A DNA stretch of 64,000 bases from Mobula hypostoma (lineage: Eukaryota): positions 106,456,001-106,520,000 of the forward strand of contig NC_086108.1 in the NCBI RefSeq assembly GCF_963921235.1. The letters are read 5' to 3'. The notes beneath the pieces were generated by a model that had not been told where the DNA came from, made no database searches, and saw only the letters and a list, made by a program, of their open reading frames with translations. Shown one piece after another: positions 1 through 11,189 of this stretch; position 1 is the first letter of the stretch, and every line of letters begins with the position of its first letter. Both the position numbers and the translations under genes were made by a program.

Positions 1-87
1 TACCCTTTCTGAAGTCCACAATCAATTCTTTGGTCTTACTGACATTGAATGCAAGGTTGTTGCTGTGATACCATTCAATGATACCAT

Positions 88-1082
88 TCAGTGCTGGGTC
101 CATTGTTATTTGTCATCTATATCAATGATCTGGATGACAATGTGGTAAATTGGATCAGCAAGTTTGCTGATGATACAAAGTTTGGAGGTGTAGTAAACAG
201 TGAGGAAGGTTTTCAGAGCCTGCAGAGGGACTTGGACCAGCTGGAAAAATGGGCTGAAAAATGACAGATGGAGTTTAATACTGACAAGTGTGAGGTATTG
301 CACATTGGAAGGACAAACCAACGTAGAACATACAGGGTTAATGGTAAGGCACTGAGGAGTGCAGTGGAACAGAGGGATCTGGGAATACAGATACAAAATT
401 CCCTAAAAGTGTCGTCACAGGTAGATAGGGTCATAAAGAGAGCTTTTGGTACATTGGCCTTTATTAATCGAAGTATTGAGTATAAGAGCTGGAATGTTAT
501 GATGAGGTTGTATAAGGCATTGGTGAGGCCAAATCTGGAGTATTGTGTTCAGTTTTGGTCACCAAATTACAGGAAGGATATAAATAAGGTTGAAAGAGTG
601 CAGAGAAGGTTTACAAGGATTGCTGGGACTTGAGAAACTCAGTTACAGAGAAAGGTTGAATAGGTTAGGACTTTATTCCCTGGAGCGTAGAAGAATGAGG
701 GGAGATTTGATAGAGGTATATAAAATTACGATGGGTATAGATAGAGTGAATGCAAGCAGGCTTTTTCCACTGAGGCAAGGGGAGAAATAAACCAGAGGAC
801 ATGGGTTAAGGGTGAGGGGGGAAAAGTTTAAAGGGAACATTAGGGGGAGCTTCTTCACACAGAGAGTGGTGGGAGTATGGAATGAGCTGCCAGACGAGGT
901 GGTAAATGCGGGTTCTTTTTTAACATTTAAGAATAAATGGGACAGATACATGGATGGGAGGTGTATGGAGGGATATGGTCCGTGTGCAGGTCAGTGGGAC
1001 TATGCAGAAAATGGATCGGCACAGCCAAGAAGGGCCAAAAGGCCTGTTTCTGTGCTGTAGTTTCTATGGTTCTATGGTTCTA
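88..1082 (+). mobile_element. CR1 LINE, 5'-truncated (RT C-terminal half plus 3' UTR), inserted in an old Rex1 fragment
   Basis: Translates to KFADDTK, MEFNTDKCEVLH, LYKALVRPNLEYCVQFWSP and RRRMRGDLIEVYKI; (TTCTATGG)n tail; has a stop and a frameshift; near-identical to 58437-59418. Confidence 0.95.
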
Positions 1083-1314
1083 AAGAGCTGATAAAGTCTC
1101 ATAAAGTTGTACTAGAACCTCCTTGCTCTTATACACTACCTTGTTATCAATAAAGACAAGTTTACTGTGTATGTCCTATCCTTATTCCTCTCTGAAAAGT
1201 CACCACTTTCTACTTATCAGAATTAAATTCCATTCTGTTACTGCTCTGGCCACCTTACAGCCTTTATTTCCTGCAGAGCATCAAGAAAACTCACCTCTGT
1301 CCCAGGATACGGAC

Positions 1315-1845
1315 GGACTTCTACCACTGTACCATTGAGAGCATACTCACCAACTGCATCTCAGTGTGGTATGGCAATTGTCCCATATAGGACCACAAAG
1401 CACTCCAGCGTGTGGTGAAAACTGTCCAGCGGATTATCGACACCGAACTGCCCACCATTGAGAACATCTACCATAAACGCTGCCTGGGCAGGGCGAAAAG
1501 CATTATCAAGGATGCATCTCACCCTAACCATGGACTTTTTACTCTCCTCCCATCCAGTAGGCGCTACAGGAGCCTCCGCTCCCGCACCAGCAGGCTCAGG
1601 AAGAGCTTCTTCCCTGAGGCTGTGACCCAGCTGAACCTCACATCACAGCGCTAAGCAGTATTGCATCTGTATTGTACTGTCTCAGTGCTTTTATATTTGT
1701 GTGCTGTAGCACTTACTTTTTATTCACAGTTATTTTGTAAATAACACTATTCTTTTGCACTTCTGGTCAGATGCTAACTGCATTTCATTGGCTTTGTATC
1801 TGTACTCGACACAATGACAATAAAGCTGAATCTAATCTAATCTAA
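1315..1845 (+). mobile_element. Rex1/Babar-type LINE 3' fragment
   Basis: FYHCTIESILTNCISVWYG and IIKDASHPNHGLFTLLPSSRRYRSL...SFFPEAV; AATAAA followed by an (AATCT)n tail. Confidence 0.85.
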
Positions 1846-1849
1846 TAAA

Positions 1850-2135
1850 GATAGATTCATTTTATTTATCACGTGAACATTGCAAACATAGAGTGAAATG
1901 CATTGTTTGCTTCAAACCAAATGAGCGAGGATTGTGTTGAGTGCAGCCCCTGAGTTTTGTCATGCTTCTGGCACTAAAATAGCATGCCAACAACTCACTA
2001 ACTGTAAACCTAACCGGAAGATTCTGGAATGTGTGAGAAAACCCATGTGGTCTTGTGGAGAATGTACAAATTCCTTATGGACAGTAGCAGGATTCGACTG
2101 CTGACAAGAGACTGTAGTAACCACTGCACTTCTGT
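1850..2135 (-). mobile_element. tRNA-derived V-SINE, decayed
   Basis: Reverse complement resembles the SINE copies at 52925-53230 and 33622-34130. Confidence 0.65.
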
Positions 2136-2257
2136 GCTGCCCTCGTGCACGGTGATCACTTCTGTCTTCTCATCTATGACTACGGCCTCACTATCAACAA
2201 CATCATACATTCCTACGTCACCTGCAAGCGAACAAATCATACCTCCTCTGTGAATGC

Positions 2258-2550
2258 GCGGCATGGTAGTGTGGAGGTTAGCACAGTGTATTACAGTACT
2301 AGCCATCCAGGTTCAAGTTCCTGTTGCTGACCGTAAGGAGTTCGTATGTCCTCTCTGTGACTGTGCGGATTTCCTCCGGATGCTCTGGTTTCCTCCCACA
2401 GCCCAAAGGCATACCATCCAGTAGGTTAATTGGTCATTGAAAATTGTTCTGTGATTGGGCTAGGGTTAAATCAAGACTTGCCAGGCAGCTCGGCTCAAAA
2501 TGCCAGAATAGCCTACACCGCGTCGTCTCTCAATGAAATTAAAAATAAAA
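2258..2550 (+). mobile_element. tRNA-derived V-SINE (HE1-like) with CR1-like tail
   Basis: A/B-box-like head (GGCATGGTAGTGTGGAGGTTAGC ... GGTTCAAGTTCC) and V-domain TTTCCTCCGGATGCTCTGGTTTCCTCCCAC. Confidence 0.8.
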
Positions 2551-3049
2551 TAAACATTTACCTACAAAGTGACAGCATCACCACTGTGTTTTAATACAAA
2601 GTGCTGTTGGGGAGAGTCCTTCTCATCTTTGCATTGGAGCATTTATACAGAAGCAGACTTCACGGGCACTTGCTGAATTCTGGAGCTGCTGCAAAGTGTG
2701 GAAGGCAGATCATAAAATTATGATGATGGAACTATTAATAGTCACACACTGAAAAACACAGCGAGATTTTGCTTATCAGAATCAAAGGCACAGTAGACAA
2801 TTTTGATTCCCTGGGATATCAGTTGATTTCTTTGAAGTTAGTAATGAGTGTGTATTTAGGTGGAATTTCTTTGTCAGTTCTTTTGATGAAGATGGCCAAA
2901 TCAATTTTATATGAATCCTTTGGTGTCTTTGCTATGAGTATAGCTGTGTCCAGGTTCATGTGCTCAGACTCTTTGAGGTTGTCAGAACAAAGATATCTGA
3001 CTGGAAATTTAATGCAATATCAGACCGTGCATGATAATTTTAGCAGGAT

Positions 3050-3390
3050 GGTACTCTTCCTCCTTCCCTTTATCCCAGGGTTCACTCTCCTCTCCTATCA
3101 GATTCCTTCTTCTTCAGCCCTTTATGTCTTCCACCTATCTCCTACCAACCTATCGGTTCGTTACTCCTTCCCCCACCCACCCACCTTCCCTCTCACCTGG
3201 TTTCACCTACTACCTGCCAGCTTGTACTCCTCCCACTTATTCTGGCTTCTGCCCCCTTCAATTCTAATCCTGGTGAAGGGTTTTGGCCCAAAATGTCTAC
3301 TTTTCATTCCTCTCCATAGACCTGATGAGTTTCTCCAGCATTTTGTCTGTGTTGCTCTGGATTTCCAGCATCTGTAGAATCTCTGGTCAT
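3050..3390 (+). mobile_element. Penelope-like element 3' terminal repeat (pLTR) fragment with decayed hammerhead motif
   Basis: Pyrimidine-rich body, CTGGTGAAGGG...CCCAAAATGTC, and the CCAGCATTTTGT...GGATTTCCAGCATCTG end shared with 57070-57556. Confidence 0.75.
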
Positions 3391-3559
3391 TATAATTTTA
3401 CTTTCTGTTTCTTAAATGTAGTATATGAAATATTTGCTGTCAGTGATGTTTATTTCCTTATGACTGTGATTTTAAAGATTACGTAAGCTCTCTGAGGTTC
3501 AAAAATGTGTATAGAAAGTTCCAGAGGCAAGTTCTGAAGCACCTGTCCTGGTGGAGCTT

Positions 3560-3905
3560 GATAACACACACAAAATACTGCAGGAACTCAGCAGGTCAGG
3601 CAGCGTCCATGGAGAGGAATAAAGAGTTGACATTTGGGGCTCAGGTTTGGAAAGAGGGAAGAAACCAGGATAAGAAAGTGGGGAGGGGAAGGAGTACAAA
3701 CTGGAAAATGATAGGTGAAGCCAGGTGAAGGCGGAATTAAGTCAGAAGCTGGGAGGTGATCGGTGGAAAAGGTAAAGGGCTGAAGAAGAAGGAATATGAC
3801 AGGAGAGGAGCACAAACACAAGAAAATCTGCTGATGCTGGAAATTTGACTTCTCATTTTTTTTCTAGTGCTGATGAAGGATCTCGGCCCAAAATCTCGAC
3901 TGTTT
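3560..3905. mobile_element. Penelope pLTR fragments in inverted arrangement
   Basis: Minus-strand pLTR at 3560-3845, then a plus-strand piece with CTGATGAAGG...; resumes at ~4770-4800 after an insertion. Confidence 0.65.
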
Positions 3906-4763
3906 AAGATTTAAAGATTCAAAGTACATTTATTATTAATTATACAACATTGAGATTTGCTTGCTCACAGGTAGCCACAAAGCTAGAAGCCCGAAAGAAC
4001 CCAATTAAAGAAAAAAAATAAAAGACCAACACCTGACGCGCAGGAGGAAGGGAGAAAACACAAATCATGAAGACAGTTGAAGTGAACATCAACGTTTCAA
4101 ATCAAAATTGAGTCGTCACATCCGAACCTCAGAACAGCCTGGAGCAGGCCCAAAGCCTCGCTTATCAGTTCATTATTTTAGCGGGCATGGAACATAGCAG
4201 CAGAGGCAGCCTTCATAGATTCAGTGCCATGGAGAGAGGCGTGAACATCATAGAGAATGAGGAAAAATCGGCTCTCACCTCGGATACTGACACCCTGTCT
4301 TATCAGTCTGTCTGGGCCGACATGTAAAATGACCAAACAATGGAATAGCGAAAGACTCTGTCACCCGGGAGAGAGCAGTGAAAATTGGCTCTCACCTCCA
4401 ATCTGGGCCGGCACTTAAATTGTCTAAACAACGGGTCATACCACACACTGGAACTCAGTTGCAGTGAAGGGCTCAGGTCTTAGTCCACGCTGCCCGGCGA
4501 TCCGCTGCAGGCCCGGATTTCACCACCCAGCCTGAAGCTACTCTCAAGCTCTTCAAGTCAGCTCGGCACCCAGAGCAATCCCACCTTCTCGGCTCATCTC
4601 CGGAACTCGCTTCACCATCGCTTGCCCCTTCACTGTTTGCAGCAATAATTTAATACAATTTACTTCAGGAAAGGTATTTTGAGTGATGTTTATAGTCAGA
4701 CTTCTTAACTTTTTAACTACAAGTGAGCTGTCGCTCACATTCAGTAGCATCATCTTAACTGGA
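3906..4763 (-). mobile_element. Non-autonomous LINE-derived retroposon (GC-rich 5' end, Rex1-like AATAAA/GAATCT tail)
   Basis: Minus strand begins CCAGTTAAGATGATG and ends AATAAATGTACTTTGAATCTTT; interrupts a Penelope fragment; similar layout to 30105-31642. Confidence 0.55.
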
Positions 4764-4929
4764 GGGTGGCGCTGAATCTGCTGAGTTCCTCCAGCATTTT
4801 AGACCGTAAGATCATAAGACATAGCAGCAGAATTAGGCCATTTGGCCCATCGAGTCTGCTCTGCCAATCAATCATGGCTGATCCTTTTTTTCTCCCCCTC
4901 AACTCCATTTCCCGGCCTTCACCCCGGAA

Positions 4930-5444
4930 AGGCTGATTTATACTTCTGCGTCAAATAGATGCTATAACCTACGCAAGTAGCCTACGCGCGTTCTGAGCAT
5001 TTATACTTGTGCGTTGGTGTGTCTGCGTTGCTCTGCAATTCGGGCACGTCATGCATGCACACACACCTGCCCATGCAAGACTTCATGGTCATGATAGTCT
5101 TTCTCAAGGTAAGCAAGTTTAAGGCAAGCGTCTTTTTTCATAAAAGCGAAATGTGTCCTCCATAATTTCAGAGGTCTGTAAAGCTTTATGGAAAGCATTG
5201 CAGCCAGAGTTCCTTCCCCGCCCTTCAGTCGCCCAATGGGAACCCATTGTAGCGTAGGAGGAAATGCGATGCTACCAAGCGGACCAATCACAGTTGTTGC
5301 GGTCTGCATTGCTGCGACGCGTAGTTACATTTTGGGAGAGGTGCACATCAGGCTACGGTGTAGAAATCCTTGTAGGCCCTGTGTAGGGTTCGTGGCTACG
5401 CCGTACCTACGATGTCAATTTGACGCAGAAGTAGAAATCAGCCT
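4930..5444 (+). mobile_element. PIF/Harbinger non-autonomous DNA transposon inserted in a CR1 3' UTR
   Basis: TIRs AGGCTGATTTATACTTCTGCGTCAAAT / ATTTGACGCAGAAGTAGAAATCAGCCT; 3-bp flanks GAA/TAA; interior homologous to 39356-40268, which retains transposase sequence. Confidence 0.9.
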
Positions 5445-5494
5445 TAACCTTTGATGCCATGCCCATTCAAGAACCTATCAATCTCTATGTGTGT

Positions 5495-5800
5495 TTTTAT
5501 TTTGTGTGTGTTGATAGGAGAGGAGGGGAGATTGAACCATAGGAGGAATGGGAGATGGAGGGTAACCAAAGAGAGGAGATAGCAGATGCGGAGAAGAGAA
5601 GGGGTAAGAGGGGACCTAGAATGCGGAAAGGAAAAACCCCTCCTGCCCACCTTATTCTGGCATCTTGCCTCTTCCTTTCAGTCCTAATGAAGGATCTCAG
5701 CCTGAAATTTTGACTCTTTATTCCTCTCCATAAATGCTGTCTAAACTGTTGAGTTCCTCCATAATTTTGTGTGTGTAAATTGCACATTCTATGATTTTTG
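5495..5800. mobile_element. Penelope pLTR fragments (inverted), decayed hammerhead at 5684
   Basis: Purine-rich minus piece followed by a plus piece containing CTAATGAAGGATCTCAGCCTGAAATTTTGACT. Confidence 0.65.
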
Positions 5801-6138
5801 TGGTTAAGATGAACTGATTCATTTTATACTGTGGGTGGGATGGCAAAGATCAGAGATAGCAAGCCTGATCAGGTAATTATTGGCATTGAGTGATGGCATG
5901 AGCACATTGCTGGGGTGAGTCTGGTGAGCTCCCAGTTCACTCTCAGGTCCAGAGCTGAACATGGAGGATGGTGGTGTCCACACATTTTGGTGCAAAAACT
6001 GAAACGAGGCATATAATGAAGTGTACAACAGTTCAAAGTGGCAGAAAACAACCCTCTGGAGGAACTCAGTCGATCAGGCAGCATTGGTGGAGGGAAATGG
6101 ACAGTCGATATTTTGGGTTGAGACTATTCATTTGGACT

Positions 6139-7600
6139 CAGAATAGAAGGACATCCCTTTAGAACAGAGATGAGGTAGAATACCTTCAACTAGAGGATAG
6201 TGAACCTGTGGAATACATTACATCGTTGGCTGTGGAGGCCAAGTCCTTGGATATATTTAAAGCAGAGGTTGATAGGTTCTTTATTAGTAAGGGTGTCAAA
6301 GGTTATGGGGAGACTAGGGTTGAAAAGGGATAATAAATCAGCCATAATGCAATGACGCAACAGACTTAATGGTTCGAATGGCCTAAGTCTGCTCCCATAC
6401 CTTATGGTCTTATGGACTGATTAACATGACATCAGATCATCCTCACATCAGCCATTACTGTCTGGTTTGGTGCAGCATTCTCTCACATTATACCACTGTC
6501 AGGTCAGCAGAAAGGTCATTCGATGCCACCTACCAACACTTCAGCTCTTGTATGTGTCTAGGACAGAGAAGAAAATCATTGCAGACACTACCCACCTTAC
6601 AAGCTGCCATTTTCAAAACTCCTTTCAATGGATCTGGGGTTGAGAAGGTGAACAGCTTTAAGTTCCCAGGCATAAACATCACCGAGGATCTCACGTGGTC
6701 TGTACATATCGGCTGTGTGGTGAAAAAGGCACAACAGTGCCTCTTTCACCTCAGACAGTTGAGGAAGTTTGGTATGGCCCCCCAAATTCTAAGAATTTTC
6801 TATAGGGGCACGATTGAGAGCATCCTAACTGGCTGCATCACTGCCTGGTATGGGAACTGTACTTCCCTCAACTGTGGGACCATTTCCCGGATGGTAGCAA
6901 CTGGAACAGTTTGTGGTTGGGGTGACTCGGGTTTCCAATGATCCCTTGGGCCTTTTTTACACATCTATCGCTGTAAATGTCCTGAATAGTGGAAAGTTCA
7001 CAACTACCGAATATTGAAAGGACTGGATAGGGTGGATGTAGAGAGGATGTTTCCTGTGGTGGGGGTATCCAGAACTAGAAGGCACAGCCTCAAAATTCTA
7101 AAATTTAGAACAGAGGTAAGGAGGAATTATTTTTAGCTAGGGAGTAGTGAATCTGTGGAATGCTCTATGACACACTGCAGTGAAGGCCAAGTCTGTGGGT
7201 ATAGTTAAGGCAGAAGTTGATCATTTCCTGATCGGTCAGGGCATCAAAGAATATGGCAAGAAGACAGGTGTATGGGGTTAAGTGGGATCCAGGATCAGCC
7301 ATGATGGAATAGCAGAGCAGACTCGATGGGCTGAATGGCCTAATTCTGCTCCCATGTCTTATGCTCTTATGGACATCCAAGTCTCTTGCCTTGCATAAAT
7401 TTCTTTTATTTTCCCTTATATCACCTACTTATAATGTCCCCTTCATTTACCTCAATGTTATGTAATTTTTTTCTTTCATAAATTTCTCTTTTTCTTTCTC
7501 TTTGAGAGGGAAATGGATCAGCCATCATGAAAAGACAAAACAGACTCTATGGGCCGAATGGCCTGTTTCAGCTACCAAGTCGTATCGTCTATGGCTATGG
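6139..7600 (+). mobile_element. Cluster of short CR1 3' ends (6139-6412, 7010-7372, 7500-7600) around a Rex1 fragment (6630-7000)
   Basis: CR1 3' UTR motifs GAATGGCCTAATTCTGCTCC and TCTTATG tails; Rex1 peptide VEKVNSFKFPGINITEDLTWS...FYRGTIESILTGCITAWYG. Confidence 0.8.
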
Positions 7601-7809
7601 CTATGATGTGGCTATGAATATCGACCGGTCTGCTGACTGCTCCCTCGGTGGAAGGGTTACGTATCGCCACAGGTTTCTTTCATGAGAAGCATTAAACATC
7701 CAAGTAGCAGCTAAAACCTCAGAAAGCAGAAGGGAAATTGAAGCATTCCATAACGAGTGAAAATCAGCAAAGTTAATAATTGGTAGTTACAATAGAATGT
7801 AGCAGCCCT

Positions 7810-7849
<40 letters not shown>
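7810..7849. repeat. (TC)n(AC)n compound microsatellite
   Basis: Directly visible. Confidence 0.9.
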
Positions 7850-7985
7850 TCAATGGAAATGCTGTTTTATGTCAAAGGAGGGTGTGCAGCGGAAAATGCC
7901 CGAAGTGAACACTTTCTTCAGTGCAAGAAGACAATTTTGTTGGCAGAAATAGGAACAGATTTCTGTGCAGCATGGCAAACTTATT

Positions 7986-8310
7986 AACCATATAACAATT
8001 ACAGCATGGAAACAGGCCATCTTGGCCCTTCTAGTCCATGCCGAACTCTTGCCCTATCCTATTCCCACCGACCTGCACTCAGCCCATAACCCTCCATTCC
8101 TTTCCTGTCCATATATCTATCCAATTTAACTTTAAACGACAACATAGAACCTGCCTCAACCACTTCTGCTGGAAGCTCGTTCCACACAGCTACCACTCTC
8201 TGAGTAAAGAAGTTCCCCCTCATGTTACCCCGAAACTTTTGTCCTCTAATTCTCAACCCATGCCCTCTTGTTTGAATCTTCCCCACTCTCAATGGAAAAA
8301 GTCTAACCAC
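7986..8310 (-). mobile_element. CR1 3' fragment
   Basis: TRGHGLRIRGQKFRGNMRGNFFTQRVVAVWNELP. Confidence 0.9.
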
Positions 8311-9369
8311 GTCAATTATGAATTATTCATAATTCATTTCCACCTGCAGAGCCAACACCTGGAGGCTTTGTTTTCTCTTCTCCACGGGTGCTGACTGATT
8401 TGCCAAGTATTTTCAGCACTTTCTGTTTTTCTTAATAATAGAGACATGGCTATGAATATTGACACAGCTGCGAACTTGTCCCTCGGTGGAAAGGATATGT
8501 ATCTCTGCAGGTTTCATTTACAAGAAACATTAAAGTAACATACTAGCTCTAGCTAGACCCTCAGAATACAGGAGAAGTAGAACAAAGCAGTCCATAACAG
8601 GCCAGAAAAGCAAAGTTAATAATTATAACTTTTGGCAAATTATGAAATTTTGTTTTTATGCATTCTAGCATCTTCATTTTTTTGAGTCTCTAGTCATTAG
8701 AGGTGACTCAGTAGCATAGCACTTGGAGTAATTCTATTACAGCACTAGCAATCAGAGACCGAGATTCAATTCCCACCACTGTCTGTAAGGAATTTGTACA
8801 TTCTCCTTGTTCATGGTTCAAAGTTCAAAGTAAATTTATTATCAAAAGTGCGTATATTTCATTGAGGTTCATTGTTTTGTAGGCTTTCACAGTGGAATAA
8901 AGAAATGCAATAGAAACAATGAAAAACTACACACAAAGACTGTCAAACAACCAATGTGACCCTGTTGGCTTCCTCTGAGTGCTCTGCCCTCCTCCCACAT
9001 TCCAAATTTGTACAGGTTAGGGTGAGTAAGCTGAGAACTTGCTACGTTGGTGTGGATGTGTAGCCACACTTGTGGGCTGCCCAGCACCATGAAGCAAACA
9101 ACGCATTTCATTGTTGGTTTTGATTTTTCAATGCAAATGTGACCAATAAAGCTAATATCAGTTTTTGAAATTATATCCCAGATGCCGGTTGGTATCCGAG
9201 GTGATATGAGGTGGTATGAGTGGATGCTGGAGTCAGGTACACCAACAACATTTTAGACGTATAGATATGAGTACTTGAAAGGCCAAGGTGCAGACTAACT
9301 GTTGGTAAATCGGACTGATGTTGATAGGTACTTGCTACCTGGTATGAATCAACAGGGCTGTTTCTGTGT

Positions 9370-9495
9370 TACACACACAGAATTCTGGAGAAACTCAGCA
9401 GGTCAGGCAGCATTTATGGAGGGGAGTAAAGAGTTGAACATTTCTAGCTGAAGCCCTTCGTCAGGGATGAAAAGGAAGAGAAAAGAAGCCAGAAT
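9370..9495 (-). mobile_element. Penelope pLTR fragment with hammerhead core (9435-9467); split by the Rex1 insertion and resuming at 11137
   Basis: Reverse complement reads CTGACGAAGGGCTTCAGCTAGAAATGTT. Confidence 0.7.
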
Positions 9496-11136
9496 GTGAA
9501 GATCCCTGCTGCACCTGATGACCTTGTGACCTCCGTCTCAGAGGCTGAAGTTAGGCTATCCTTAAAGAGAATGAACCCTCGCCAGGTGGAAAGCCCCAAT
9601 GGAGTACCTGGTAAGGCTCTGAAAGCCTGTGCCAACCATCTGGCGGGAGTATTCAACAGCATTTTCAACCTCTCACTGCTATGGGCAGAAGTTCCCACTT
9701 GCTTCAAGAAGGCAACAGTTATACCAGTGCCTAAGAAGAATAATATGGGCTGCCTTAACAACTATCTCCCGGTAGCACTGACATCGACAATGATGATATG
9801 CTTTGAGAGATTGGTTATGAATAGTCTGAACTCCTGCCTCAGCAAGGACCTGGAGCCATTGCAATTTGCCTATCGCCACAATGGGTCAACGGCAGTCTCA
9901 CTCTCCATGGCTCTTCACACAGCTTCAGACCACCTGGACAACACAAACACCTATGTCAGGATGCAGTTCATCGCCTATAGCTCAGCATTTAATACTATCA
10001 TTTCCACAATCCTAATTGAGAAGTTGCAAAACCTGGGCCTCCGTACTTCCCTCTTCAATTGGATGCTTGACTTCCTAACTGGAAGACCACAATCTATGCA
10101 GATTGGTGATAACATATCCTCCTCGCTGACGATCAACACTGGTGCACCTCAGGGGTGTGTGCTTAGCCCACTGCTCTACTCTCTACAGACACATTGCTGT
10201 GTGGCTAGGCATAACTCAAATACCATCTATAAATTTGCTGATGATGCAACCATTGTTGGTAGAATCTCAGGTGGTGACGAGAGGGTGTACAGGAGTGAGA
10301 TATGCCAACTAGTGGAGTGGTGTTGCAGCAACAACCTTGCACTCAACATCAGTAAGACGAAAGAGTTTTTGTGGACTTCAGGAAGGGTAAGATGAAGGAG
10401 CACATACCAATCCTCATAGAGGGATCAGAAGTGGAGAGAGTGAGCAGTTTCAAGTTCCTGGGTGTCAAGATCTCTGAAGATCTAACCTGGTCCCAACATA
10501 GCAATGTACTTATAAAGAAGTCAAGACAGCAGCTATACTTTATTAGGAGTTTGAAGAGATTTGACATGTCAACAAAGACACTTTAAAGTTCCTATAGTTG
10601 TACTGTGGAGAGCATTCTGACAGGCTGCGTCACTGTCTGGTATGGAGAGGCTACTGCACAGGACTGACAGAAGCTGCAGAAGGTTGTAAATTTAGTCGGC
10701 TCCATCTTGGGTACTAGCCTACAAAGTACCAGTACATCTTCAGGGAGTGGAGTCTCAGATAGGCAGCGTCCACTATTAAGGACCTCCAGTGCCCAGGGCA
10801 TGCCTTTTTCTCATTGTTACCATCAGGTAGGAGGTACAGAAACCTCAAGGCACACACTCAGCGATTCAGGAACAGCTTCTTCCCCTCTGCCATCCAGTTC
10901 CTAAATGGACATTGAATCTTTGGACACTACCTCATTTTTTTCTTACAATACAGTATATCTGTTTTTGTACATTTTTAAAAACTCTATTCAATATATGTAA
11001 TTGATTACTTGTTTATTTATTATTATTTTATTTATTTATTTTTCTCTGCTAGATTATGTATTGCATTGAACTGCTGCTGCTAAGTTAACAAATTTCACGT
11101 CACATGCCGGTGATAATAAACCTGATTTTGATTCTG
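9496..11136 (+). mobile_element. Rex1/Babar LINE, 5'-truncated, RT domain to 3' tail
   Basis: PTCFKKATVIPVPKK, PLQFAYR, TGAPQGCVLSPLLYSL, YKFADD; (TTCTGA)n-like tail; 5-bp TSD AGAAT at 9491-9495 and 11137-11141. Confidence 0.93.
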
Positions 11137-11189
11137 AGAATAGGGAGGTGGGAGGAGGAGAAGGAGTTCAAGCTAGAAGAAGTTCAAAT

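Noticed and set aside
2258..2340. tRNA gene
   Set aside because: The tRNA-like head continues into a V-domain and LINE-like tail, so it is a SINE; no intact cloverleaf
2769..3377. 202-aa ORF
   Set aside because: Starts at TTG and runs from unique DNA into a Penelope pLTR; no recognisable domain
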